Shown piece after piece: positions 1-12,948 of a stretch of DNA of 64,000 bases (position 1 is its first letter; each line of letters opens with the position of its first letter). The translations under genes and the position numbers were made by a program. The notes below the pieces were generated by a model. The model was not told the DNA's origin. It was given only the letters and a program-made list of their open reading frames with translations, and did no database searches. Source of the stretch: Octopus bimaculoides (Eukaryota); contig NC_068981.1 of assembly GCF_001194135.2 (NCBI RefSeq), positions 61,161,189 through 61,225,188 of the forward strand, in the 5' to 3' direction.

Positions 1-33
<33 letters not shown>

Positions 34-38
34 TATAT
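1..38. repeat. (TA)n microsatellite
   Basis: Direct dinucleotide run at the window start. Confidence 0.95.
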
Positions 39-399
39 TTATGCATCCGATCGTTTCAAACAGCGATATTTACATGTAAATACATGGTAGAATTATTAAA
101 ATGAATCTGATTATATTAAATTAATTAAATTTTGCATGTGAAACATTATATGCTCACAAATTCACACCTCCACACCACCTAGTCTATACACATTTATTGT
201 TCAAGTTCATGTCTAAAATCAAGTTGAAGGCAAGGCTTTTGCGAGCGCTTATTAGCTCAATAGCCGTTTATAAAGAAAATATAATCAATGCATTCGTGAT
301 GTGGGTGTATAGTAGAATGTTTCGAGTCTCTTACAATACTTAGGAGAAAGTTCATAACACCTGAAAATTGTGAGAAAACACAAGTGCGTCAATTATAGC

Positions 400-520
400 C
401 ATATTCGAAGAAGGAGAAGTCTGGAAATCATTAAAACAGAAGGAAATTTGGAGGCTAGTAGCAAAAGAGGCAGACAATCAAGGAAATGCACGGTGAGTAT
501 CCCGAGCTTTTTGAAGAGAA
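400..520 (+). mobile_element. Possible Tc1-like transposase N-terminal remnant
   Basis: Translation IKTEGNLEASSKRGRQSRKCT resembles the Tc1 HTH/GRPR linker (xETGSVxxxxRSGRPRKxT). Very short and degenerate. Confidence 0.25.
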
Positions 521-994
521 ATTTCCAGGAGGGTGGATAAATCGCTCTTCCTCAGGAAGACTTTCGTTGTAGTATCATCCATGCGAATGCAGACGCATTA
601 ATACTATATGGATGTGGCTAAATCATCATATATATCGTTCTCATATACCAGGTCATATATAGAAGCATTTGATTACCTTCGCCAAACATTCACTACACTA
701 CACACAAACACACACACATACACACACACACACAAATTCTTGTTCATATTCAGATATATGATTGATTCTGTATACATATATATACATAGCCTTTACCCAT
801 CTTTTTTCATCTTCTGCCACACATGTGCGTGTAGTGGTTCGCCCACCTTCTTGCAATATATGTCGGGTACAGATTGCATCGATAACCAGCTAGTGAAGGT
901 GTCCTCTAGGGTGTTAAAAACGGCAGTAACATCGATCCGTGCGAACAGCCATGTTGAAGTGGTGACAAACCTTACTACCTTCATCTCTTAAACA

Positions 995-1113
<119 letters not shown>

Positions 1114-2032
1114 TTGTATATATATGCTATGCAAATACATACATGTTGTTATGCGACCTTGTATTATGCGTGTCGTCGGATGCGTATATTGTAAAAATAT
1201 ATTGCTACAAAATTGAGTAAATATCGATTAAATCTAAAGAAGAACGATAAACATAGTAAAATTGTTTCATAAGAAAGGGAAGAAAGTGATCTTGAGTAAA
1301 GAGATCAGTATGAACATCTAAAGAGAACCTGTTGTGATGGAGGATCATCAGGGCATTGATGCTATATTTTTTAAGTGTTCATCTACATCAATTAACTCCT
1401 TGTGCTTACTATAATAGTGAATCTTCCCTTTATCCTGCCCATTTACATTTTATATATGAATAGTCATGAATAATTTTGTTTCCAAGAAATAATAGTCATA
1501 TTGCAAGTGTATTTTATCTTTCCTTATATAATTTACATCGATTTTGTGAAAATGTAATGTTACAAATAACATATTTGTTATTGTTGTCGACAGCAAATAT
1601 ATAATTGAAACCTATTTGCCAACTTTATTAGTCAGCCGCTATTCTTTCATTTTATTGAAAATATACTGCCTGCAACTGAGAATGCGAATCAATAACTGAC
1701 CATTATATTTGTAACTTTTACTGTTTTTGTGATCTTTTCTTATATGTTTACGTGAATAAACATGCAAAATCATCGAAGAGAAAGGTAATGCTCAAGTGTA
1801 GTCAAGGCTTTAGAAATTGAGTTTTTACTGAAATGAAAACGAATATATCGTCAAACCGAAAACTATGAAGGGAGTCTTAACAAAATGTATATGAATTGAT
1901 TTTCTTTATGATGAACTAAATTAAAAGAGAACAATAGATCGTATTTAGAATGTGCCATACCCTACTACCGCAGTCAAACAAAGATAAGAAAATGGATAAA
2001 GAGTACATTGAGGAAGACACGAATCGTTGTTA

Positions 2033-2084
<52 letters not shown>
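2033..2084. repeat. (ACT)n microsatellite
   Basis: Directly visible; explains the poly-Thr ORF 1950..2156. Confidence 0.95.
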
Positions 2085-2085
<1 letters not shown>

Positions 2086-4232
2086 ATGCTGCGCCCACTA
2101 CCGCTGCTATGACTGCTGCTGATGTTGCAAGAACGTTTACAAAGATAATACAATGAAAATAAAATATAAAATTTTAAATTATTTATTTATTAACAGAAAT
2201 ATTTTCGTCTAGAAAATAAATCTCTTTTGTGCATGAGGGGAGACCAAACCAGAAAGATAGTTATAGCAATAACCTAGTTTTTCACCAAACCCGGCTAATA
2301 TATTTTCGTTGGTATGGCTCTTTATTTAAATCAATTTAATTTCCTCAGAAATTCATATGCTATCAATGTGTTACCATGTATACATCGTGAATTGCAAAAT
2401 TAAAATACGGAATGCCAAATAAAGTTATCAGTCAACTATAAATAGAATCACACCCGATCATGTTGTTTCAAGAAGAATGCCATGTGATACACTAATATTG
2501 GTTACACTCTGACTGAAAGAAAAATTAATGCGTCAATGAAGATTGCACCTTCTTTCGTTGTATAAGTTGCCTGATTAATATCTGACTTAGGGATATATTG
2601 GCAATGGTATCATTGCCAATATATATTGGCAATGGTAACACTGCCAACATTAACAACGGAAAGGAAAATACTTCCTAGATCAGGAAGGAGTCTCAAATAC
2701 AAAGTAATAAGATTTCTTACACAAAACTACACGATGGTCATTAATGTTATGCGCTGTCAAGGCTTACCGAAACAATAGTTTCAAAGTCCGAATAGCAGCC
2801 TCGTTGTCCATTATACCACATGTTACCAGAGCCTAATATACGATAGTCGGAGCGAAAATTCCCTTCAGACTATCAAGGAGTTTCCATCATGTTTATCCTA
2901 GCATATGAATATACACTATCATCACTGTGATTATTTCAAATCACAACATAACTGTAACAAATAAAATTTCCTACAGTATTACACCGCTTCTACGATATCC
3001 TTCAACGGGTATCATGTCCATATAAACAACAAATTTCTAAAATATTTATGAAGTTCTTAACAGTTGCCTTTTCCAGAGGTATGAATAAGAATACATCAAA
3101 TACTTCCCCTAGTAGGTGTCTTTCACAGGGTAAGAAATTCTCCTGTCTGCTGATATCTGCAGCATCCATTTACTGTATCCTCGCCAAATAGCGGCAGCAT
3201 TCAACGAAAACTTCTTGTTGTAGACCATGCGTCTTCACACAGCATCTTCCCATTTTCCGAATCACAGTTGTTCCTCTCAGTTATTAGTTGTAGTAGTCTG
3301 ACGAGATTGGAATTAAATTTATTACCGTGTCCAACCCATCCTTTCGTCTCACACAAAGGAATAAAATACTGCTGGAAAAACGCTAAAATCTGCATAAGAA
3401 CCGAGTGATCCACACTTTCATTGATCAAATTGTAGATTTGTTGCCCACAAAAAAGATTAGTGCGTTGCAAAATTTTCGTTTCATGTCGTTTTATTATTTG
3501 GTTCTTAACTTTGACAAAACGGCATTCATATATGTTGTTGTAGAATCAGTCGATGACTTCTTTCGCTTTCATATCTACCTTTTTTTAGTGTATTTCTCTC
3601 TATCGCTATAATTTTACAAATACCGTTAATCTCATACTTAATTAACCTTCCCATGACAGCAATAAATAAGCAAATGCTGAAAAGTAAATGTATGATTCTA
3701 AAGTTATCATTATGGAATTATATTTTCATCCTTCAAACAACATATAATGCATTTGCTATTTTAATTTTGCGCGGAAGAAAATTAGATGTATTTCAGTAAA
3801 AGAATATATATATGGAACTCCGTCGGTTACCAAGACGAGCAGTCGACTCTGGAAAGGAAAATGTAGGTTGCTCAGCATTCCACAGATACGAATGTTTTTA
3901 ATGTACTTCCCAATGTAATACAGCGTGACACAGGATGTGACAAAGCTTGCCATTTGGAATACAAGTACTACTCACTTTTGTCTGCAGAGTAGACGGAAGC
4001 AAAGTGACATAAAGTGTATTGCTTAAGAACACAGCGTGCTGCCGTAAAACGAACCTCACGATTCCACCCACAAGACCACGCATCTTCACAAAACCACAAA
4101 AACGAAAGAAAACGTACCACATTTCAAGATATAAAGAAAATTACGTTTATTATTTCAAAGATTACAGAAGAGAAATTTATGAATGAAAATACGTGTCTAG
4201 GCTGACAAGAGATCAATACATGTTACATGCGG

Positions 4233-4415
4233 GGCGGCGAGCTGGCAGAGACGTTAGCACACCGGGCAAAATGTTTAGCGACATTTCTTTCGTCTTTACG
4301 TTCTGAGTTCAAATTCTGCCGAGGTCGACTTTTCCTTTAATAATTTCAGAGTCATTAAAATAAGTTACTTACCGTTTTACACGAAATTGCTGGCCTTCTG
4401 CCAAAATTTGAAATC
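4233..4415 (+). mobile_element. tRNA-derived SINE, family A
   Basis: Head GGCGGCGAGCTGGCAGA (A box) and GAGTTCAAATTCTGCC (B box); homologous copies near 19150, 34110 and 43755. Confidence 0.85.
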
Positions 4416-4727
4416 AATATGCAATATGTTATAAAGGGATAGAAGTAGACATGCATTTTACAAGCATGCTATTTTCAAAACTACTGACAGTTGTGCTTTC
4501 AAAAATTAAAAGAAAAAACAAACAAAAGTATATTCGAAGATATTCCACAGGCAACAGTTATTTCCATGCATGCATTTATTAAATTGTGCCATTAATGATA
4601 ATGTTTCTCCTGCATTCCTCGATACTGTTGCTTAAGTACTTGGGGCTACTTCTGCAAACTTAATCAGATGCACGCATATACACATATATGTGTGTTCGTA
4701 TACATACTATAAGACTACTACTGTTTA

Positions 4728-4765
<38 letters not shown>

Positions 4766-4766
4766 T

Positions 4767-5482
4767 AAGGGCTGTTACTATAAGTAAAAACACACGCTGG
4801 ATACGGAAGTGTGTATATTTGATAAAGTAGTTTCATTTAGAGTCCCTTTCCAGCGTGTGACTTTACTTACATTAACAGTCCTTAATGTAATAATGTATTT
4901 GTAAAAAGAATAATACTTAATATGAATGTTTTACCTTAATTGGTTTTACACGCTGGCTAATAGATAAAATCTTATACAGATTTCTTCTTTATATTTAATT
5001 GATAAATATTGGCCCGGAATATATTCAGTGCTCAATTATTTTGTTTAAACACATGTAACTGAAATGAACAGAATACAAGTATTTTCATAGATATATAAGT
5101 GCGAACATATGTATATGCTTCTTGGACACGTTGTCTTCGTATGTTACGTTTAAGTGTTTATACTTATATATTTCTGGTTGTGTTTGCATTGACGAGTGGA
5201 GAGCGTTGAACACGAAATCGTTTCGATATGCAACTGCACTTTAAAAAACAACAACTTTTCTTTGTTCATTTCTTCGACTTCAACGCGTGTGTATGTTTCA
5301 TAAAATACTTTGACTTTAGAGTCCCTTTCCAACGTGTGGCTTCACTTATACTAACAGCCTTTAAAATAATGTATTTGTAAAAAAATATATACTTAATACT
5401 AGTTTATTGTTAACCTTAATTGGCTTTACAGGCTGGCGACTTCAAAAAATCATATATAGATGTTATCTTTATATTTAATTGA
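4767..5482 (+). mobile_element. Retrozyme-/PLE-like tandem element containing a hammerhead-like fold
   Basis: Diverged direct repeats at 4836-5002 and 5315-5482 (period 479 bp), an inverted 41-bp copy at 4767-4807, and a type I hammerhead fold at 5180-5239. Confidence 0.6.
5180..5239 (+). ncRNA. Type I hammerhead ribozyme-like motif (core TTGACGA...GAAA...TA)
   Basis: Stem I TTGCA/TGCAA, core TTGACGA, stem II GTG/CAC, GAAA, stem III TCG-TTT-CGA, then U-H = TA. C3 is replaced by T. Confidence 0.6.
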
Positions 5483-5644
5483 AATATATATATAAGCTAG
5501 ACACATGCATGGGCATACCCAAATATTATGTCACCTCGCAACCCGACGCCCAGTGGTGCAGCATATTGCTGTTGTTATTATTATTGTGTGACAATGCTCG
5601 TGGATGTCAAAGAGGGAGGACGTGTGTTCGTGAGCTGTAAGATT

Positions 5645-8230
5645 TTGTTCATTTTTTACAGATACTGTTGTGTCTAAAGAATGTTTACAATTTTGTGTCC
5701 AAGCCGACTAGGCCTTTTCTGAGCTGCGCGGTTAGGCAGGTCTTTGCCCCTTCTGCGGCTAATTTTCAATCTAAATTGTTCATTTTTTTTCCTTTTTCAA
5801 TTTTGAAATTTGCACTAGGTCCTTGGAGAAGATTATTAGGCCTTCCTTTCTTATTGACTTCCCCAACATTGCTGTCGGAAAAAGCACCAAAAATGTTTTA
5901 AATTAATTGTGTCCGCCCTCTCCGCACCTTAAAAATTAGAGAGAGATAGAGCGGCGACAAAAGTCTTGCTAGCACGTGCAACGCTGAGAAATAGAAGGAA
6001 AAAGAAGAAAAGAAACGTGAGAGAGAAGAGAAGAGCAAGGAAATTGAGCTAATGGACACTGCTAGAGACGCAACGCCTCTGAATTCTAGCCCTCGTACTA
6101 CCACCACTAACACTAGCTCATTGAACACTCCACAACAACCCAATGCATAAAAGAGTCAAGATTTTGCTTCAATGACAAAGCCTACACATGGATGCATTAA
6201 TGTTTTCTAGAATCTCTCAAACACTATAAAAATATATTAAAAAGAAAAAGCGAAAGATGTTTTTCGATACTATAGACAATGCAAAGAAACGTACCATGGT
6301 GTACAAATCTATATCTTTAAAAATTAGACGTTTAGAAACTGCCACAAAGCAAGCAGTAGAAAATGGTTGCTACCCATTTGGAAATATGTAACATATCTGT
6401 CGAGGGATAAGAAATATGGCACAATTGAAGACAAATTTGTTACAGAAGGCGTAGCAAGACATCACTCAACCGCCCAGCTGAGAAATAGTGAACTTGTCCT
6501 AGTTTCAACTTACTTGGGACGGCGCGTCATCAAGATAAAAATACTGGAGATACTACCAGAAATTAACGCTTGCTGGATTGTCGCAGCCGTTCTCCTCGAT
6601 TTGGAAGATAAAATCAGAATCATCCAAGTCGAGAAAGAAAAAAAGAACAAGTGGACTTGTCAGGAATTGCAAATGATGGTCCAAATAAACCAAAACGTTT
6701 TGGAACAAATTCTTGACCAAATCAGCCTTCCACATGGTACTATGCTAAACGTTACAGTTGAGAGCAGAAGGCCAAGATGTTATCAATGCGGACAGAATTA
6801 CCACCTGAAAGCCTTCTCCCCACAATAAAAACAAAAGGAGGGCACTACCCACTTGATACAAGCACCAACCACAGCACAACAACTGAAGCAACCCCAGCTA
6901 CAGAAGCAACCTCACCAACAAAAACAACCCCAATGAGAGAAGAAACCCCACTAATAGAAAGCAGGGAAGGCACTAGCAAACAAACCACTATCACTACTAC
7001 CACGAAGTACACGAGAGGTAACAACGCCAATAACAACAGAGATGCTGTCCACAACCACCACCACATTACAGCTCTTGCCAGAAGAACAAAAGTTATCAGC
7101 AAATTTCGACCCGCTGGAACTACCCCTTCTCGCGATTGACCACTCATGTCGTGAAGACAGGCCAACAGTATTGAGTGGACAGAAGACACACTTAAAAGTC
7201 TAAGAAAAGGCACAATAGTACACCAACAAATAAACAAGCTGTTCCCCCACCCCAAAGCATTCAAATTCTTCTCAAAACAACAACAACACACTAACATCAA
7301 GGCTTCCAACACCACCATTACCAACACCACAGACGCAGCTAGCAGTACAATGCACAGCAGGATCAACGCGAGAATTATACGAAAATAAGAGAAACACCAC
7401 AGAACTGACCGCCATAAACACAAAAACTTAAAGAAAATAAAGACGTCAAAATGACTGAGTTTGTACCCCCACAGATAATACACCGCCACTGCACATACAG
7501 GTACTTCGAACATCGCAACATACTTGCAGCAACATAAAATCCAAACTTCCACAGGCGTTTGGAGGCTTCAAAAAGAGTGTCCTCGAACCTCTATAAATCC
7601 TTGGTCGTGGAGATCACCACCCCCACTTAAGGAGCACCACATCTGCCCCGCTCCAAACCCAGATTGCTAACAGTAAGTCGTCCTCTCATTTTTCTCCTTA
7701 CTAGCAACTCAAAAATAGGTTGCATAATTCTACGTGGTCTGGAGATTCCTTGGAAACAAGGTCACCTAATCAACGACTTCAGGTCATAAGGAATAAACGT
7801 AATAGCCATTACTGAATCCAGACTAACCGAACGGCGAACTATCATGTGAATTTTTGACGACTACGAGATCTATGCACAATTGGATTGTGTGGGTTTAGCC
7901 GATAGGAAAAGTGGGTGGGGGTTCAAAAGCCTCGCGAACCTGTCAGACAGTTTCAACTGTCAATGTGGACGTGGGCAAACCGCATCGAAACATCCAAATT
8001 GTATCTATATAGAGTATTTTGCAGGTCTTTAGACAGGAATAGTATTAGTTGTCCACAATTTCAAATAGTCGGCTACACAGATCACAAGTTGGTGACCTGT
8101 AAGCTCGACTTAGACAGCATAGGTAGACAGGGCCTCGGCAAATGTAAGCTGAACACGTCACTCTCGGTGTGTTAAACTTACATTGAGAAGTTGAATATCT
8201 TAATTTGACATTTGTTGAGACCATGTAGAA
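5645..8230 (+). mobile_element. Degenerate L1/Tx1-clade LINE: 5' region, ORF1 with zinc knuckle, partial APE endonuclease, no RT
   Basis: ORF 6367..6828 ends in RPRCYQCGQNYHLKAF (CCHC knuckle). About 7710-8170 translates to KIGCIILRGL..INVIAITESR and YLYRVFCRS..GYTDHKLV..GKCKLNTSL (APE motifs), with stops, frameshifts and a central deletion. Confidence 0.85.
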
Positions 8231-10824
8231 CACATATGGCCGATGTGAATGTTTTATTCTCTCCTCTCTCGGACCTACAATTATTAGATCATTTTTTTTT
8301 TGTGTTTTTTTTTACAAGGAATGTTCAGGATCTGAGTTGCAAATACAGTGGCTGCCCGTACACTTAGCGGAGAACAATTTTCAACCGTGAAATTTTAAAC
8401 TCCAAATATTTAAATTATTGCCACAGTTGTAGCAATATATACAAAAGCAAAATTTATAAACACAATGAATAAAGCTACAGTAGTAGCAGAAAATATGGCA
8501 TTATGCCCATGAAAGCGGGGAAAGTTTGACATTTCAAATTTCAAATAATTACACTTTCGCATTCGACAAGACATGAAAAACGACACCGGCCACAACAACA
8601 ATACCAATAGTAACATTATCAACAGGAACAACAGCATCAATACCAGTTAGTGTAAGAAAAGTAACAGCCTTAGTTTCAGCCGCAAGACAAGATCATTAAA
8701 GCAAAAGTAACGGAAAAGATCACCGCTATCGAGGGACATCGCAAAAGAGTCAGCAGCAGCAGAAACCCTCCAAACAAAATATGTATATCAACAGAAGAAA
8801 TCAAGTAAAAAACGCGTTCTTCATTGGCGACTCACATCACAAACAAATGTTGTGCGACGGTGACAGTGAGGAACCGAAATGACACAATACTACGAATGGA
8901 AAGAAAAGGATATGAAAGAAAAACGTCAACAAATAAAAGTCGGGAATATGAACAAGTTTTGATTTGGGGCTAAATTACACTAACATTTCCTACAGTAGCT
9001 ACATGATTAACATCGCCAACACCACTACTATGATAGGCACCATTATCACCAGCAGAAACACAAACTTGATCACACACATCTCAACAGCTAGACCACATAC
9101 GAACACGAAAAAAAAATTTTAAGGGAAAGAAATAATAAACCTCATGTTCATAATCATTAGCAGTAAAATATTTATGGATCACTTTCGTCAAATTACGAAC
9201 ATCACACAATATATAACTTATGTAAATCGATAGCATTCCGGCAGAAAAAAATCATTCAAATCCCACATCATAAAAATTTCACTATGATGTTCACAATGGA
9301 GTTGGTCGATTGCCGAATCCGTAATCCCATTGCAGCTGTTTGACAATAATCCACAAGCAAATAATGCACAAGCATTGCACAAATTCTTGCACGAAGGTTT
9401 CGTGACGTTGATCACATCATGATCAAGCCCTACTGATGGATCTGCCATGCTTCTAGATTTTGTTCTGAATTTGAGTAATATTTTTTCGCAAAATTCCGAG
9501 AAAGCAGCGTGCAGTTAAATATGTTACTAAGTAACAGATAATGAGGAAAATGTTGTTAAAACTCACCAATTAGCAGTCATTGGAACATTAAACTAAATAA
9601 TTCGCGGTACTGCCCAATCGAGTATGAAGTACAATTACAAGGCAGAACTGTTAGAACGTCGAACAACAGCCATTGCTCTACTGGTTCGTGCTCCTTACCA
9701 TCACAGTTCAAATCAAGATTTTGCCCACATAACTTGCAGATTTCACATATCACACAATTTAATAAGAGCACGAAGAACAATGGATGTCTTACATGAGTTC
9801 AATCTGTCGTAAGTAATAGATTCAGGGTGCGGTTTTGACAGCTGTTCCTCCATTCTTCCAACAGTCCTCATAAGTCTGCAACAAGATATAGTCACTGCCT
9901 AATGATTATATGATAAGAATGATAAGAGAAATACATGAGTCTCTGAAATTGAACTAATTTCTGGTGGCATTTGAGATCATTGTTTGTAGTGAAATTAACG
10001 TGAAATGTTTTAAGCGTATGATCATTTTCCCATAGATAAGTCAGACAAGGTTCAACTACTAAGTTTCTTCCTTTTCGAGCTATGTCTTTCAGAAGTTTAG
10101 TAGTTTAGCACGAATACAGAAATCAACTGCGCAAATTCCTCGCCTTAGTAATATATTTGTTTTGCCTTTTAACTATTAAGTACTTGCACAAATTATCTGC
10201 CATTATATGTAAAAAGAAAAAACAAAAAAAAAACCAAACATATCTCTAATAAATTTACGTCAGCGACAGTATTTATAGTTAGGGGTGCTTCTTTCGAATT
10301 GGCTTGAATTGCCGATGCGGATCATACACATCTTCGATCCAGAAATATATATATAATGAAAAATATATTTTGTCAGATTCCAGTGATTGTTGAAATATTG
10401 TACAGATATATCGCATACAGATATATACTAAAGTATTCAGCAACTCAATTTCATTGTGTAGTTAAGCATCGATGAATAAGTGGAAGTTTAGCTGATGCAT
10501 AGGGAAAACAAAACGATAATAATGAAAACGTTATATATTTATTCTATACAGTAATGCGAAATAGTCAATAACTCAAACTCTCCAAAGATATTTGGTAAAT
10601 AGCACTATTGACTACAGAACGTAGAAAGGATGGGATTAATAGCTTTCATATTTCGTTTAATAATACAGAATGTGGAATGGAGTTAATCTATTCAGATTCG
10701 GTCGACGTAACTACTGCAGAAGGAGAAGGTCTGCTGCAATATAATCTGCTCGATCATAGTTCAGCTGCGTCTAAATATCAATATGAAGCCCACACATATG
10801 ATATATATATATATAGATATATAT

Positions 10825-10875
10825 GTCTGTGTGTTTGCGTGTGTGTTTATGTGAGTGTGTGTGTGTTTATATGTG

Positions 10876-10929
<54 letters not shown>

Positions 10930-10945
10930 TGTGTCTGTGTACGTA
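10825..10945. repeat. (TG)n microsatellite
   Basis: Directly visible. Confidence 0.95.
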
Positions 10946-12562
10946 TATGTACATGTTTGTTCAAAATATATTTGAAAATACAGCATGAATAAAGCTTAGT
11001 GAACGCAAACATCGAAATGAATATGTAAAAGTCCTGCTGCATTATCAGAATGATTAGACATATTCCAAAACATTGCGACATAATATTTTTGCTAGTCTGT
11101 TATAATGTCACGGAAACTTATATGTGAAATTAATCTCAAATTAATGAAGTGGAGACGGTAGAACAGTGATTCCAAGCGTCAAAGATCTCTGCGATTTATA
11201 ATCAAATCACGCTGTAACATAAATTGTCCTCATTTATGGATCGAGAAATGGATTGTCAGACCAAGTAGTGGGATTTTACGAATACAGTTTTTATCCTGAT
11301 ATCACATTTACAGTTTAATGCAAAGTTTTGGTATCCTCAAATTAATTGCTAAAAAAATGTTTCCTTCAGATTATAACAGACTGAGAAAAATATTGCGTCG
11401 GAATGTTTGTGAATAGGTCTAATAATTCTGAAAATGCGGCGCAGTTTATACATATTCATCTGGATGTATACAAATATCCACGTATAAATATGAGTGTGTA
11501 TGTATGTGTGTACATGTGCGTGCGTGTTCAGAGGCGGACGGGATCTAAAAATATTGGTTGTCAGGAGACTAAAGGGGACCAACCGCAACTACAATGCTAT
11601 CTTTTAATTTTTTTTTTCTTTTGTTAAAAATATTATTTTCAACTGTATACATACACAGCCAGGCTGAAAGAGCGCATTCTTCCAGGAGTGAATAAAAAAA
11701 ATAGATATTAACATGAGCCTCTATATATCGATTCTAACGGCGCAGGGGACCACTTGCAATCGGGCAAGCAGACAACCTAGGCAGTCCACCACACTGTGTG
11801 TTTGTTTGTGCACCGTTTAAGTTCATTTACGGGAGACGTTTTTGCGTATGCATATAAAAGCTCCTATATTATTACGTCGGCTACGGCTAATGGTACCAAT
11901 TTGCAAGAGTACTTTTCTGGGGTTGTACCGAGTTGCGCCGATATAATGTAGGGTGATATAGTAATAATTTTAATAATAATAATCCATCGAGAGATTTACA
12001 GATATTTTAATGTATCACAACGTGTGTTCCCATGCATCACATGTTTCTTACCATCATAGTCCGTGTTCTTACGATGATTGCAGTGCAATCCGTACTATCT
12101 AGTGACATCAAGTGAATCTTTGTTCATAAGGCGAAATTGTATTAAAGTTGTAAGCAACGAAGGTATAACAGAAGGGTGTTCTTCAATTTTCACCGATCAA
12201 AATGTTCATTCGGGCATGTGGGCAGTTCTGTATTTATTCGATATGGAAGAATAGGTGATGGACGGAGAGAGAAAAGGGAGAGAGAAGGGAATGTTAGCGA
12301 TAAAGGAGAAAAAAATCGTGCGTGATAATTATAGACTTGTCTTATTAACTCTGTGTACACATCTGATGAGTAGTATATTTCATTGGTTTGACCTTACAGC
12401 AAGCACTTCCTCAATGAATTCAGATGTTGTGGGCACAGTAAACAAAGATAGTTTTGGTGATTAAGTTCATTGTCTGAGTTGATAAATGATGTTCCCTTAA
12501 AGGTCCCTTTTAGTTACTTCTGGCAGTAGAATGATATATTCTTTTATTCGTTTATTCTTTCA

Positions 12563-12754
12563 ATTGTTTCAGTCATTTTAACTGTGGCATAGCTGGAGCA
12601 CCGCCTTTAGTCGAACAAATCGACACCAGGACCTGTAAGCCTAGTACTTATTCTATCGGGCTCTTTTCCGAACTGCTACGTTACGAGGTTGTAAACACAC
12701 TAACATCGGTTGCCAAGGTATGGTGGCGCGGACAAACACAGGCACAGAAATGCA

Positions 12755-12790
<36 letters not shown>

Positions 12791-12948
12791 TAGACGTTGG
12801 GCTTCTTTCAATTTCCATCTACCAAATCCACTCACAAGGCTTTGATCGGGCCGAGGCTACAGTAGAAGACACTTGGGCAAGTTACCACGCTGTGAGACAG
12901 AACTCGGATCCATATATTTGGGAAGCTAGCTTCTCACCACACAACCAC
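12563..12948 (-). mobile_element. tRNA-derived SINE, family B (head + internal microsatellite + tail), uninterrupted copy
   Basis: Minus strand reads GTGGTTGTGTGGTGAGAAG..TTGTGAGTGGATTTGGTAG.., then (TATG)n, then a tail ending ..CTAAAGGCGGTGCTCCAGC..TGACTGAAACAA. Homologous to copies at 40612 and 48700. Confidence 0.85.

Noticed and set aside
608-991. ORFs 608..991 (+) and 793..984 (-)
   Set aside because: Partly microsatellite-derived. The GC-balanced part (about 810-990) matches no motif I can recognise, and a faint RT-like resemblance is too weak to call.
3297-3340. CTGACGA hammerhead-like core; also CTGATGA at about 12363, 42164 and 52303
   Set aside because: No correctly placed stem II plus GAAA and stem I. 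The 42164 occurrence is Tc1 coding sequence (SDE).
6845-7552. 235-aa hydrophobic minus-strand ORF resembling a membrane protein
   Set aside because: Antisense reading of the A/C-rich LINE ORF1 linker; a compositional artefact.
11520-12230. GC-richer patches suggesting a MITE or LINE relic
   Set aside because: No paired TIRs or protein motif could be established.
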